Shown: in pieces, positions 1 to 9,391 of the stretch
Layout of the letters: every line of letters starts with the position of its first letter
How positions within the stretch are numbered: position 1 is the first letter of the stretch
DNA from: Clostridiales bacterium
Lineage (GTDB): Bacteria; Bacillota; Desulfotomaculia; Desulfotomaculales; VENG01
Assembly (NCBI GenBank): GCA_021736985.1
Contig: JAIPEW010000001.1
Span: forward strand, 159,649 to 223,648
DNA length: 64,000 nucleotides
Direction of reading: 5' to 3'
Program-made: the position numbers and the translations under genes
Notes under the pieces: generated by a model
What the model saw: only the letters and a program-made list of their open reading frames with translations
Database searches by the model: none
Told to the model about the DNA's origin: nothing

Positions 1-1
1 C

Positions 2-235
2 TGTGAATCCGGGGATATGCTTATATGGGATTTAGAGCTGCCTGAAGTTGAACCTGGAGATATACTGGCCGTAAGTGCTACCGGTGCATACAACTTTTCC
101 ATGTCTTCAAATTACAACATGCTCCCTCGCCCGGCAATGGTACTGGTGAGTAACGGGAAAGCAGATGTCATTGTAGAAAGAGAAACATATGATGACCTTT
201 TAAAAACAGCCAGGATTCCTGACAGGCTTAAATAA
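2..235 (+). CDS. lysA: diaminopimelate decarboxylase, C-terminal end (5' part lies outside the window)
   Basis: The frame is open from the window edge. The translation GDILAVSATGAYNFSMSSNYNMLPRPAMVLV...VERETYDDLL matches the conserved C-terminal end of PLP-dependent DAP decarboxylases. Confidence 0.75.
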   Translation, partial: CESGDMLIWDLELPEVEPGDILAVSATGAYNFSMSSNYNMLPRPAMVLVSNGKADVIVERETYDDLLKTARIPDRLK

Positions 236-265
236 TAAATATCAGTACTTAAATATAAAAAAAGA

Positions 266-306
266 GATGGGTGTATCGTATATAATTACGGTCCCCATCA
301 TTTTTG
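266..306 (+). terminator. possible intrinsic terminator after lysA
   Basis: gatggg(266-271) pairs with cccatc(294-299) and inner cgta with tacg. The stem is followed by atttttgt. The loop is large, so the call is weak. Confidence 0.3.
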
Positions 307-362
307 TATATTATACTAAAATGACATTAAGTTTAGTACTTGTGATAGTATTTTAGATAGCT

Positions 363-447
363 GATTTTATACTAAAGCACCACGAGTGATGAAATGGAAA
401 CAATACCAGAGTTGTAGATAAATTTATTGATATCATGAAAGATGAAT
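363..447 (+). pseudogene. degenerate remnant of an HD-GYP gene 3' end with an internal deletion
   Basis: gattttatactaaagcaccacgagtgatgaaatggaaa is near-identical to 899-936 of the downstream HD-GYP pseudogene. gttgtagataaatttattgatatcatgaaaga matches its last codons (about 1108-1140). In-frame stops are present. Confidence 0.5.
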
Positions 448-522
448 ATGATTACAATACAGAGCTGCATGGATGAAGCCTGAAATAAAAACATAATTAA
501 TTGTACATGTATAAAGAGAACT

Positions 523-550
523 ATTGCTTGTTCTCTTTTTAATTTGCCTA
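523..550 (+). terminator. intrinsic terminator-like hairpin
   Basis: aaagagaac(523-531) pairs with gttctcttt(540-548) across an 8 nt loop, followed by a T run. Confidence 0.45.
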
Positions 551-697
551 ACTTTAGTTTTAGAATTGTAAAATAAACATAAATTTTTTGCATGTTGTTG
601 AAAAGGCAGGTTAAATTGCTTTTAGTGTAGTATATGGTTTTTAAAATGATATTTTGGTGCTTTCTTTCTGCTTCCAGGATAATGTTCAGGCAGAATT

Positions 698-1145
698 TTG
701 CCAGCTGCCGGGAAAAGAAATTTAAGAATAGCAGATCTCAAGCTGCTGTCTCAATTCCATGATATTGGTAAAGTAGGTATACCTGATCGAATTTTATTCA
801 GGCGAACCTCTTACTCCCGGGGAAATAGAAGAAATAAAACGCTACTGCGAAATAGTGTACCGCATTGCGCAATCGGCACCTGAATTTATGCCTATAGCAG
901 ATTTTATTCTAAAACACCACGAGTGGTGGAATGGAAAAGGGTATTCTCTTGGCCTTAGTGGAGAGGATATTGCCCTGGATTGCCGTATTTTAGCAGTTGT
1001 AGATGCGTATGATGTTATGACAAATGACCGCCCTTATAGAAAAAGAATGCCTCATGAAAAAGTTATGGCGGAATTAAAAAGGTGCTCGGGCGAGCAATTT
1101 GATCTTTATGTTGTAGAAATGTTTATTGATATCATGGACAAGTAG
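698..1145 (+). pseudogene. HD-GYP domain phosphodiesterase, 5'-truncated and frameshifted
   Basis: Two overlapping frames (698-883 and 855-1145) together read ...FHDIGKVGIPDRILF / GEPLTPGEIEEIKRYCEIVYRIAQS...HHEWWNGKGYSLGL...DAYDVMTNDRPYRK. The frame changes near 800-806. The N-terminal part of the HD domain is absent. Confidence 0.7.
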
Positions 1146-1256
1146 AATTCTCCTAACTTTAATTTTAAATAGGGGTATGGTATAATACCTATATTTGGTA
1201 TTAAAATGTAATTTTAGTGTAGGGGAGGTAATCGTATAGAAATTATTACTACCCAT

Positions 1257-3890
1257 ATGAATACTGATTTAGATGGGCTTGGAGCAAGTGTAGCTGCTCA
1301 GAAACTGTATCCAGATGCCGTAATAGTATTTCCGGGTAAGTTATTAAAAAATGTAGAAGAATTCCTGGCCCTGCATAAAGATACTTTAAATATAAAAAAA
1401 GCTAAAGACATTGATTTTGAAAAGGTCAAGAAGTTAATCATTGTAGATACAAAAAATCACCGCCGGCTGGGTAAGTTGGGTGAACTAGCTCATCAAGAAA
1501 ATGTAGATATTCATCTTTATGATCACCACCCGTGGGTTAAAGATGATGTTAGAGGTTCAGTTGAAGAAGTTGAGTTGGTTGGTGCTGCAGTTACATTATT
1601 GGTAGAAAAATTAAAAGAACAAAATATTGAGTTTAATTCGTTGGAAGCTACAATAATGCTTTTAGGCATTTACGGTGATACTGGTGCGCTTTTGTTTACC
1701 AGTACTACATCCCGTGATATGGATGCAGCTTCTTTTTTATTGGCCCGTGGAGCAAAATTGTCCGTAGTGGCTGATTTTCTTGGACGACCACTTACTGAGG
1801 AACAGAAGTATTTGTTTAAAAAATTGGTTATGTCTGCAAATCATCTTACAGTACACGGGGTTAAAATTTTACTCGCACAGGCACAGGTTGACGAATTTAT
1901 AGTTGGTTTAGCTGCACTTACGCACATGTTGTCTGAAATTGAAAAAACGGATGCTATATTTACAGTAGTGAAAATGGAAGATAGGGTTTATATCGTGGGA
2001 CGCAGTAATGTATCCCAGGTAGAGATTAATAAAATAGTTTCTAATTTTGGAGGCGGGGGACATGCTTTTGCAGCTTCCGCTACGGTAAAAAACGGCCAGG
2101 TACAGGATATTATAGAGCAATTAAAACAGGTAGTAGAAGAACAGATAAGTTCGCCGCTGAGGGCAGTAGATATAATGTCCACTCCTGTCAAGACAGTATT
2201 TCCTAAAACAACTATTTCTGAAGCCAATAATATAATGCTGCGCTACGGTCATACAGGACTGCCTGTTGTTGATGATAACAAGTTGACAGGGGTTATTTCC
2301 CGCCGCGACGTGGAAAAAGCAAATCACCACGGGCTCGGACATGCTCCTGTTAAAGGGTTCATGTCTGTTAATGTACATTCAGTAATTGAAGATACACCTA
2401 TCTCCGAAGTTCAAAATATAATGATTGAAAATGATATTGGAAGGCTCCCAGTTACAAAAGACGGTATGATTATAGGTATTGTTTCCAGGACTGACTTGTT
2501 GAGAACATTACACGGGGATATACAAGTTAAGCACCATATTACTTATCCTGGCTCGCAAAAGAATTCTTATCATTATGACATAAGCGGTTTAATGCGGCGC
2601 AGTTTATACCCGACAGTCTGGAGTGTATTAAAACAGGCAGGAGAGATAGCAGAGGAGTTAAACTATAGAATATATGCTGCCGGGGGAGTTGTGCGCGACA
2701 TAATGCTGGGAGTAAACAGTCTTGATGTAGACCTGGTGGTTGAAGGGGACGGCATTAAATTTGCCGGTATATTGAGTTCGGCGTTAGAGGCAAAGCTTAA
2801 CACGTATGAGAAATTCGGTACTGCAGAGATAAAATTCAATAATAGTTTTAAAATAGATGTGGCTACTGCCAGGGTGGAGTTTTATGAATACCCGGCTGCT
2901 TTACCCCAGGTTGAAAATTCTTCTCTCCGGCAGGATTTATATAGAAGAGATTTTACTATTAATGCTATGGCAGTTTCTTTGAACAAAGATTCTTTTGGTA
3001 GGTTAGTAGATTTTTTTGGGGGCAGGGAAGATTTACAGCATGGATTATCCGGTATGATAAGGGTTTTACACAACCTGAGTTTTATAGAAGACCCTACGCG
3101 AATACTGCGAGCAGTTCGTTTTGAACAGAGGTACCAGATGGATCTTGAGCCCCAGACATTAAAATTTTTAAATGAAGCCGTAGAACAGGGGGTCCTGGAT
3201 AAAGTATCCGGCAGCAGAATCTGGTACGAGATAAAATGTATATTTCTTGAGACTCGGGCAGCAAAAATGCTCAACCGCTTATATGAACTGGAAATATGGC
3301 CGTTTATTTTCCTGGGCGTGGATTTTTTTGATGTTGTTCCTGTTTTAAGACAATTAGATAGTTCTATCTCTTTGATAAAATCATGGCAGATAGTCAGTAT
3401 CCCTAATAAATGGCAGGTTTACCTGGCTGCTGTACTTCACTGTTCTTCACGGGAGAACTGCCTGGAAATTTGCAGCAATTATGACTTGAACAAAAGGCAA
3501 GTGGAAAAAATGCTTGCGGTAGTAGAAAAGTGGGAAAACGTTTTTGATATAATAAAATCCGCTCCTGAAAATACTCCTGTCAGCAAGCTGGCAGAACCGG
3601 TTATGGAATTGCCCAGGGAGTCATATCCCGTATTGCTTTCCATGATAGAGGAGGATTGGCTAATTGACAGGTTTAACGGGTTATTAAATGCTATTATGAA
3701 CAGTGAGCCTTTACTTGACGGGAAGTATATAAAAAGCCTGGGTGTTCGCCCGGGCCCGGTTTACCGGAGAACTTTTGATGCAGTATGGCGTGCCCGGCTT
3801 GACGGCAAAATATCTACTAAAGAAGAAGAAAAAGAATTTGTTAATAATTATTTGCGCGATATAGAAGGAGAGAAAATTAATCATGTTTGA
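1257..3890 (+). CDS. multidomain DHH/DHHA1 phosphoesterase + tandem CBS + poly(A) polymerase/CCA-type nucleotidyltransferase head domain protein
   Basis: The N-terminus reads HMNTDLDGLGAS...DHHP...GGGGHAFAASA (DHH/DHHA1). CBS-pair-like segments follow. Then GGVVRDIMLG...RRDFTINAMA...EDPTRILRAVRF (PolyA_pol head). The true start may lie upstream of the first ATG (see finding). Confidence 0.8.
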   Translation: MNTDLDGLGASVAAQKLYPDAVIVFPGKLLKNVEEFLALHKDTLNIKKAKDIDFEKVKKLIIVDTKNHRRLGKLGELAHQENVDIHLYDHHPWVKDDVRGSVEEVELVGAAVTLLVEKLKEQNIEFNSLEATIMLLGIYGDTGALLFTSTTSRDMDAASFLLARGAKLSVVADFLGRPLTEEQKYLFKKLVMSANHLTVHGVKILLAQAQVDEFIVGLAALTHMLSEIEKTDAIFTVVKMEDRVYIVGRSNVSQVEINKIVSNFGGGGHAFAASATVKNGQVQDIIEQLKQVVEEQISSPLRAVDIMSTPVKTVFPKTTISEANNIMLRYGHTGLPVVDDNKLTGVISRRDVEKANHHGLGHAPVKGFMSVNVHSVIEDTPISEVQNIMIENDIGRLPVTKDGMIIGIVSRTDLLRTLHGDIQVKHHITYPGSQKNSYHYDISGLMRRSLYPTVWSVLKQAGEIAEELNYRIYAAGGVVRDIMLGVNSLDVDLVVEGDGIKFAGILSSALEAKLNTYEKFGTAEIKFNNSFKIDVATARVEFYEYPAALPQVENSSLRQDLYRRDFTINAMAVSLNKDSFGRLVDFFGGREDLQHGLSGMIRVLHNLSFIEDPTRILRAVRFEQRYQMDLEPQTLKFLNEAVEQGVLDKVSGSRIWYEIKCIFLETRAAKMLNRLYELEIWPFIFLGVDFFDVVPVLRQLDSSISLIKSWQIVSIPNKWQVYLAAVLHCSSRENCLEICSNYDLNKRQVEKMLAVVEKWENVFDIIKSAPENTPVSKLAEPVMELPRESYPVLLSMIEEDWLIDRFNGLLNAIMNSEPLLDGKYIKSLGVRPGPVYRRTFDAVWRARLDGKISTKEEEKEFVNNYLRDIEGEKINHV

Positions 3891-4482
3891 CATTGATATA
3901 CGACAAACGCTGCTTTTATTACCCGGGATTTTTGTGGGGTTGACTTTTCACGAGTTTGCACACGGGTGGGTGGCGTATAGGCTGGGGGATCAGACTGCCC
4001 GCCTGCAGGGAAGATTAACTTTAAATCCTATTGCGCATTTAGACCCCGTAGGGTTTATAATGCTTTTGTTGTTCCATTTTGGCTGGGCAAAACCGGTTCC
4101 GGTAAATCCCTATAATTTAAAGATAGATTCTCAGAAGGGTATGCTTTATGTTTCTGCGGCCGGGCCCGCAGCAAACATGATTATTGCTGTGGCCCTGGCT
4201 GTATTACTTCGCCTGGGCATATTCAGTATTATACCCGAGCTTTATTCTATGGTCTGGCTGGCAGTATATATAAATGTAGTACTTGCTGTTTTTAACCTTA
4301 TACCCATTCCCCCCCTGGATGGTTCTAAGATATTAGCCGGTTTCCTACCGGCCAGGAACCCCGTGTTTTACTACCTGGAAAATTACGGCTTTATTATCTT
4401 GGTTTTACTCTTATTTACAGGAGTTATAGGTGGTATACTGAGAGTTATTATTAATCCTATTGTAGCAATATTACTGCCTTAA
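3883..4482 (+). CDS. site-2 protease family (peptidase M50) membrane metalloprotease
   Basis: HEFAHG zinc motif, multiple hydrophobic segments and a PIPPLDGSK motif. It overlaps the upstream stop by 8 nt. Confidence 0.75.
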   Translation: MFDIDIRQTLLLLPGIFVGLTFHEFAHGWVAYRLGDQTARLQGRLTLNPIAHLDPVGFIMLLLFHFGWAKPVPVNPYNLKIDSQKGMLYVSAAGPAANMIIAVALAVLLRLGIFSIIPELYSMVWLAVYINVVLAVFNLIPIPPLDGSKILAGFLPARNPVFYYLENYGFIILVLLLFTGVIGGILRVIINPIVAILLP

Positions 4483-4514
4483 ATTTAAATTTCATAGTGA
4501 AAGGAGCATAACAC

Positions 4515-5501
4515 ATGTCTAAAGGCAGAATCTTAAGCGGTATGCGTCCTACTGGTAAATTACATATTGGACATAAGAGTGTTTTAGACAATTGGAAAGA
4601 ACTTCAAAAAGAGTACGAGTGTTTTTTTTGTTCGGCAGATTTGCATGCCCTCACTACCAGTTTTGATAACCCCGGTGGTATAAGGACAAATACGCGTGAA
4701 ATGATTGCTGACTGGCTGGCTGCTGGAATTGATCCCGAAAAATCGGTTATTTTTGTGCAGTCTGATGTACACCAGCATGCAGAATTGCATCTTCTTCTTT
4801 CTATGATTACGCCCCTGGGGTGGTTGGAAAGAGTACCTTCTTACAAGGAAAAGATACAGTACCATCATGAAGAGGGAAAAGACATTATGAATTATGGTTT
4901 TTTAGGATATCCTGTATTAATGACCGCAGACATATTAGTATACCGGGCTGATACAGTACCTGTTGGAGAAGATCAACTCCCTCATCTTGAATTATCCAGA
5001 GAAATTGCAAGGCGTTACAACCATTTATACAGTACTGTTTTCCCGGAACCCCAGGCAAAACTGGCTGAAGTACCGTTACTTCCTGGAATAGACGGGCGCA
5101 AAATGAGTAAAAGTTATAACAACGACATATCTATATCGGCAGATACTGAAGAAATAGCAGCAAAGGTAAATGCCATGGTTACAGATCCTAACCGTATTCG
5201 TAAGACAGATCCCGGAAACCCGGAAGTGTGCGTAGTGTACAAGTATCATAGTATTTTTACAGCAGAGGAACTGGAGGCTATTGCAGAAGACTGCCGCCAG
5301 GGCAACATAGGATGTGTGGCCTGTAAAAAATATCTGGCCCAGAGGTTAAATAATGTTATAAAACCAATCCGGGAAAGGCGTGCAGAGATAATGAATAAGC
5401 CCGGATATGTTGATGAAGTTTTATACGAAGGTTCCAGGAAAGCCAGTGAAATAGCACAAAAGACGATAGAAATGGCTAAAAACGCGTTATTTAATGAATA
5501 A
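4515..5501 (+). CDS. trpS: tryptophan--tRNA ligase
   Basis: Class I signatures PTGKLHIGH and KMSKS, about 328 aa. SD gaaaggag lies upstream. Confidence 0.9.
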   Translation: MSKGRILSGMRPTGKLHIGHKSVLDNWKELQKEYECFFCSADLHALTTSFDNPGGIRTNTREMIADWLAAGIDPEKSVIFVQSDVHQHAELHLLLSMITPLGWLERVPSYKEKIQYHHEEGKDIMNYGFLGYPVLMTADILVYRADTVPVGEDQLPHLELSREIARRYNHLYSTVFPEPQAKLAEVPLLPGIDGRKMSKSYNNDISISADTEEIAAKVNAMVTDPNRIRKTDPGNPEVCVVYKYHSIFTAEELEAIAEDCRQGNIGCVACKKYLAQRLNNVIKPIRERRAEIMNKPGYVDEVLYEGSRKASEIAQKTIEMAKNALFNE

Positions 5502-5558
5502 CAAAGTATAATATTGGAACACTAATGAACTAAATATGAAAAATGGGCAGGGTAGCCA

Positions 5559-6215
5559 ATGTTGTGGAAAGCAATTTTGCTATTAGTCATTATATTAGTA
5601 GTAATATCTATCCTTGCGCCTTTAAGGGTGAAAATAGTATACCAGAGGCAAAAAAATATTGATTACGCGCTGCTTGAATTTATTTTCTGGGGTTTGCTAC
5701 CTTTTCGTTTTAAAGTACCTTTTGCTGAAGTTCCGCCGGGTACAAAAAAACCGGTTTTTAAAATAAAAAAACCAAAAAAGAAAAAAAAATATGCTTCCAG
5801 TGCGGAAAAATCAGTTCCTGGAGTATTTAATAAAGGAATATTTAAAAAGGTAAGTATTTTTAAACCGCATATCATTGAATTAATAAAAAATATTAAAATA
5901 CAGCGGTTTAGCTGGGATACTGAACTTGGTTTTTCGGATGCTGCATTGACTGGAATGTCTGTAGCAGCCCTTTGGAGTATAAAAGGTACAGTTTTAAGTA
6001 TATTTTACAACTTTATGGGGACTAAAACAAACCCCCGGGTTGTGATTAACCCGGTATATGGACAAAATTTATTTACTACAAGTTTAAATTGTATATTTGA
6101 AATTCGACCCGGTCATATTATTATTACCGCTTTGAAAATATTGAGTAGTTATGTTATTGATAAAAAACGCCAGCGGTATAGAGGTGAAAAATATGCCGGA
6201 GCAACATCCCATTGA
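5559..6215 (+). CDS. DUF2953/YtfI-like sporulation membrane protein
   Basis: N-terminal TM segment, a Lys-rich linker, and a position directly upstream of a GerW/YtfJ-like gene, as in the Bacillus ytfI-ytfJ pair. Confidence 0.5.
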   Translation: MLWKAILLLVIILVVISILAPLRVKIVYQRQKNIDYALLEFIFWGLLPFRFKVPFAEVPPGTKKPVFKIKKPKKKKKYASSAEKSVPGVFNKGIFKKVSIFKPHIIELIKNIKIQRFSWDTELGFSDAALTGMSVAALWSIKGTVLSIFYNFMGTKTNPRVVINPVYGQNLFTTSLNCIFEIRPGHIIITALKILSSYVIDKKRQRYRGEKYAGATSH

Positions 6216-6666
6216 GGGACTTATGAAAACAACCATGGAAAATCTCAAGCAGATGACTGATGTGAATACGGTTATTGGTGATGCAGTTGAATCACCCGAT
6301 GGAAGTGTTATTATACCTATTTCCAAAGTAGCCTGTGGATTTGGTGCCGGCGGAGGAGAATTTGAAACAGTAGATGAAAGCAGTGAAGGCCAGTCTCAAG
6401 AATCGCTGCCTTTGTTTGGAGGAGGTAGCGGCGGAGGGGTTTCTGTTAAGCCGCTCGGTTTTTTAGTAGTAGGCAACGGCCAATTAAGAATGCTTCCCGT
6501 GGATTGCGATGTAACCATTGATAGAATAATAGACCTGGTACCACAATTAATTTCTCAGATAAAATCAATGATTAATAAAAATGATGAAAGTTATGAAATG
6601 AGACCACAGGCAACTTCGCCTCCCCCCAGTACAACACCTCCCCCTCAAACACCACCTCAAAGATGA
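6193..6666 (+). CDS. ytfJ: GerW/YtfJ family sporulation protein
   Basis: ESPDGSVIIPISKVACGFGAGGGEF and GGGSGGGVSVKPLGFLVV are typical of YtfJ/GerW. I chose the internal ATG at 6193, which follows SD agaggtga. Confidence 0.7.
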   Translation: MPEQHPIEGLMKTTMENLKQMTDVNTVIGDAVESPDGSVIIPISKVACGFGAGGGEFETVDESSEGQSQESLPLFGGGSGGGVSVKPLGFLVVGNGQLRMLPVDCDVTIDRIIDLVPQLISQIKSMINKNDESYEMRPQATSPPPSTTPPPQTPPQR

Positions 6667-6670
6667 TGAT

Positions 6671-6698
6671 AAAAGTGGGTTATTCCCACTTTTTTTTT
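6671..6698 (+). terminator. intrinsic terminator after ytfJ
   Basis: aaaagtggg / cccactttt stem with a short loop, followed by T8. Confidence 0.7.
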
Positions 6699-6894
6699 AA
6701 TTTATATTATTTTATAATTAATAATTGAAAATTTAATAATAATAGTATATATTAACGTGATAAATATTGTAAAAAAATATGAGCAATGCAGGAATTTCGT
6801 CAATTTTCGTGGAAATAAGATTTAGTCTCTAGCTTAAATATAAATAGAGACAGCAAATTTTTAAATAATGTTAATATACAAAGGAGTCGTGACA

Positions 6895-8697
6895 ATGAGT
6901 GATGAAGGCGGGCTACCTAATGTAGGTAAGAAATTCTCCAGTCATACTGGAAGAATAATGCTTGCACTGGTAGTTGGTTTAGGGACAGGTTTAGGAGCAG
7001 TAGGATTTCGCTACTTAATTAGTTTTATTCATGAAGTGTTTTTCACACGCGGGGGAAGTATTTTAACTCCTTCTATGGGTAATTATTATATTGTTATCTT
7101 GCCTGTAATTGGTGGCCTTATCGTAGGGGTAATAACTACTTTTATGGTAAAGGAAGTTAAGGGGCATGGTATTCCCCAGGTTATGACTGCTGTAGCCGTG
7201 CGGGGAGGAAAAATTCGTCCCCGGGTTGTACTGGCACAGGCGCTGGCTTCAGGATTTTGTATTGGTTCTGGTGGTTCTACTGGCCGTGAAGGGCCTATAG
7301 TTCAGATCGGGGCGGGGATGGCGTCTACGATAGGACAATTTATAAATGCTAATACCAGGAAAATGCGCGCGCTGGTTGCCTGCGGGGCAGCAGGTGGTAT
7401 TGCTGCAACTTTTAATGCTCCCATGGGAGGCGTTTTGTTTTCATTAGAAGTTATCCTGGGGGAGTTTACCGGCAGCCACCTTATGATGATAATACTTTCA
7501 TCGGTTACAGCTTCAGTTATAGCGAGAGCCTTTTTAGGAAGTGCGCCAGCTTTTATGGTGCCGTCGTATTCTTTAAATGACCCGATGGAACTTGTATTCT
7601 ACATTATTTTGGGTGTTTTGAGTGCTGTTTTTGCTATCATATATATCAGGGTTTTATATAAAAGTGAAGATATTTTCGCTAAAATTAAATGGGTCCCGGA
7701 ATATATAAAACCAGCAATTGGCGGGCTTTTTGTTGGTATTATAGGATTGAAGTATCCCCAGATTTTTGGAGTAGGGTACGGTGCTGTCGAACTTGCCATA
7801 ACAGGTAAAATAGCACTTGCAACAACAGCTGCCCTGGTGCTTATGAAATTGATAGCAACTTCTTTTACGCTGGGTTCAGGTGGTTCAGGTGGTGTCTTTG
7901 CTCCCAGCTTGTACATGGGTGCCATGCTTGGCGCAACTTTTGGTTATATATTAAACTTTATGTTTCCTGCTATAGTAGTTAACCCGGCAGCTTATGCGCT
8001 GGTGGGGATGGGAGGTGTCTTTGCGGGATGCGCCAGGGCCCCGATGACGGCGATGATAATGTTGTTTGAGCTCAGCGATAATTACGGTATAATACTGCCG
8101 TTAATGGTAACGTGTATTTTATCTACTGTTATAGCAACAAGCTTGCACAAGGAAAGTATATATACTTTCAAGCTGGTACGCCGCGGGCTTGATTATGAAT
8201 CTGTTCGCCGTCCTGATGTTTTAAAAAATGTCCTGGTAAGGGATGTAATGACTAAGACCCCGGAAATAATACGCGGGGATTTTACTGTACAAGATGCAAA
8301 GGAAATAATATCTGGCAGTCCTCACCATGGTTTCCCGGTATTATATAACGATAACTTGTATAGTATAATAACTGACCAGCAACTGGACGACGCTATAAAG
8401 CAAGGCTATAAAAATAAAAAGCTAATAGATATAGTAAAAAATAATCTTATTACTATTGAGCCTGATGATCCATTAAGTGCTGCTACCAAGAAGTTAGATG
8501 AAAATAATATCGGGCGTATGCCTGTAGTGCATCCAAATGATAATAAAAAGCTGGTAGGATGGATTAGCAGGACTGATATTATTCATGCTTATTGTATGGG
8601 CGTAATGAGAGAGAATGACGAAGGAAATGAAATTGAAGAACAAGAATGTGTATGTAATTATAAGGTAAAAAGATTAAAAAAGAAATCAACTAAATAA
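6895..8697 (+). CDS. ClC-type voltage-gated chloride channel/antiporter with C-terminal CBS pair
   Basis: GSGGSTGREGP and GGVFAPSL selectivity-filter-like motifs, more than 10 TM segments and a CBS-like C-terminus. Start chosen at the ATG after SD aaaggag. Confidence 0.85.
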   Translation: MSDEGGLPNVGKKFSSHTGRIMLALVVGLGTGLGAVGFRYLISFIHEVFFTRGGSILTPSMGNYYIVILPVIGGLIVGVITTFMVKEVKGHGIPQVMTAVAVRGGKIRPRVVLAQALASGFCIGSGGSTGREGPIVQIGAGMASTIGQFINANTRKMRALVACGAAGGIAATFNAPMGGVLFSLEVILGEFTGSHLMMIILSSVTASVIARAFLGSAPAFMVPSYSLNDPMELVFYIILGVLSAVFAIIYIRVLYKSEDIFAKIKWVPEYIKPAIGGLFVGIIGLKYPQIFGVGYGAVELAITGKIALATTAALVLMKLIATSFTLGSGGSGGVFAPSLYMGAMLGATFGYILNFMFPAIVVNPAAYALVGMGGVFAGCARAPMTAMIMLFELSDNYGIILPLMVTCILSTVIATSLHKESIYTFKLVRRGLDYESVRRPDVLKNVLVRDVMTKTPEIIRGDFTVQDAKEIISGSPHHGFPVLYNDNLYSIITDQQLDDAIKQGYKNKKLIDIVKNNLITIEPDDPLSAATKKLDENNIGRMPVVHPNDNKKLVGWISRTDIIHAYCMGVMRENDEGNEIEEQECVCNYKVKRLKKKSTK

Positions 8698-8732
8698 AAA
8701 ACAAAACGTGATTTGTCCTGTTTTATTTTCAT

Positions 8733-8793
8733 AATCGTATTCTATCCCTCATAAATGTAGTATTGACATTTATGAGGGAAGGAGAATACGATT
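8733..8793 (+). promoter_or_regulatory. long imperfect hairpin covering the spmA SD and start codon
   Basis: aatcgtattct(8733-8743) pairs with agaatacgatt(8783-8793). ccctcataaatg(8746-8757) pairs with catttatgaggg(8767-8778). The loop is 9 nt. The 3' arm contains ggaaggag and the first 2 nt of the TTG start. Confidence 0.5.
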
Positions 8794-9385
8794 GGTAAAT
8801 TATGTATGGCTGGGTATGATGATATGCGGTATTTTGGTTGCTGCTTTTAACGGGCGCGTGGAAGTGGTAACAAAAGCTGCATTAGAAGGTGCTCAGACCG
8901 GGGTTAATACTGCGATAGATCTTATAGCAATTATTACATTCTGGCTAGGAATTATGAAACTCGCAGAGAAAGCCGGTATAGTACAGGGCCTGGCTACCTT
9001 GATGCGTCCTGTAACAGGTATGCTGTTTCCTTCGGTGCCCAGAGATCACCCGGCGATGGGTGCAATTATTATGAACATAAGCGCTAATATCCTGGGGTTG
9101 GGTAATGCAGCTACTCCCATGGGGTTGATTGCTATGAAAGAGCTGCAAAGCCTGCAGCAGCATGATAAAAAAACTGCCTCGGATGCAATGTGTACTTTTC
9201 TTGCTTTAAATACATCCTGTATAACTTTAATCCCGACTACTATAATTGGTATAAGGTTGATATATGGTTCCCAGGATCCTACCTCGATAGTAGGAACAAC
9301 AATATTTGCTACTGCCTGTGGTATGAGCATGGGGATACTTGCTGATAGAATTCTTCGGGGCTTGTATAAAAGGCAGGGGAGGTAG
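8792..9385 (+). CDS. spmA: spore maturation protein A (nucleoside recognition domain)
   Basis: MVNYVWLGMMICGILVAAFNG... N-terminus and the NISANILGLGNAATP motif. It is paired with a spmB-like gene. TTG start. Confidence 0.8.
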   Translation: MVNYVWLGMMICGILVAAFNGRVEVVTKAALEGAQTGVNTAIDLIAIITFWLGIMKLAEKAGIVQGLATLMRPVTGMLFPSVPRDHPAMGAIIMNISANILGLGNAATPMGLIAMKELQSLQQHDKKTASDAMCTFLALNTSCITLIPTTIIGIRLIYGSQDPTSIVGTTIFATACGMSMGILADRILRGLYKRQGR

Positions 9386-9391
9386 TCTTTA

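Noticed and set aside
372-593. 73-aa minus-strand ORF in the lysA-downstream region.
   Set aside because: It overlaps the HD-GYP remnant and a terminator hairpin. Its product is low-complexity and AT-driven, with no SD.
4483-4514. T-box leader upstream of trpS.
   Set aside because: Only 32 nt separate trpS from the upstream M50 protease gene. There is no room for a T-box, so the genes appear co-transcribed.
6699-6894. Fluoride or other riboswitch upstream of the ClC channel gene.
   Set aside because: The region is extremely AT-rich and has no conserved GC-rich riboswitch core that I can recognise. The only hairpin is a 6-bp stem (gtctct/agagac).
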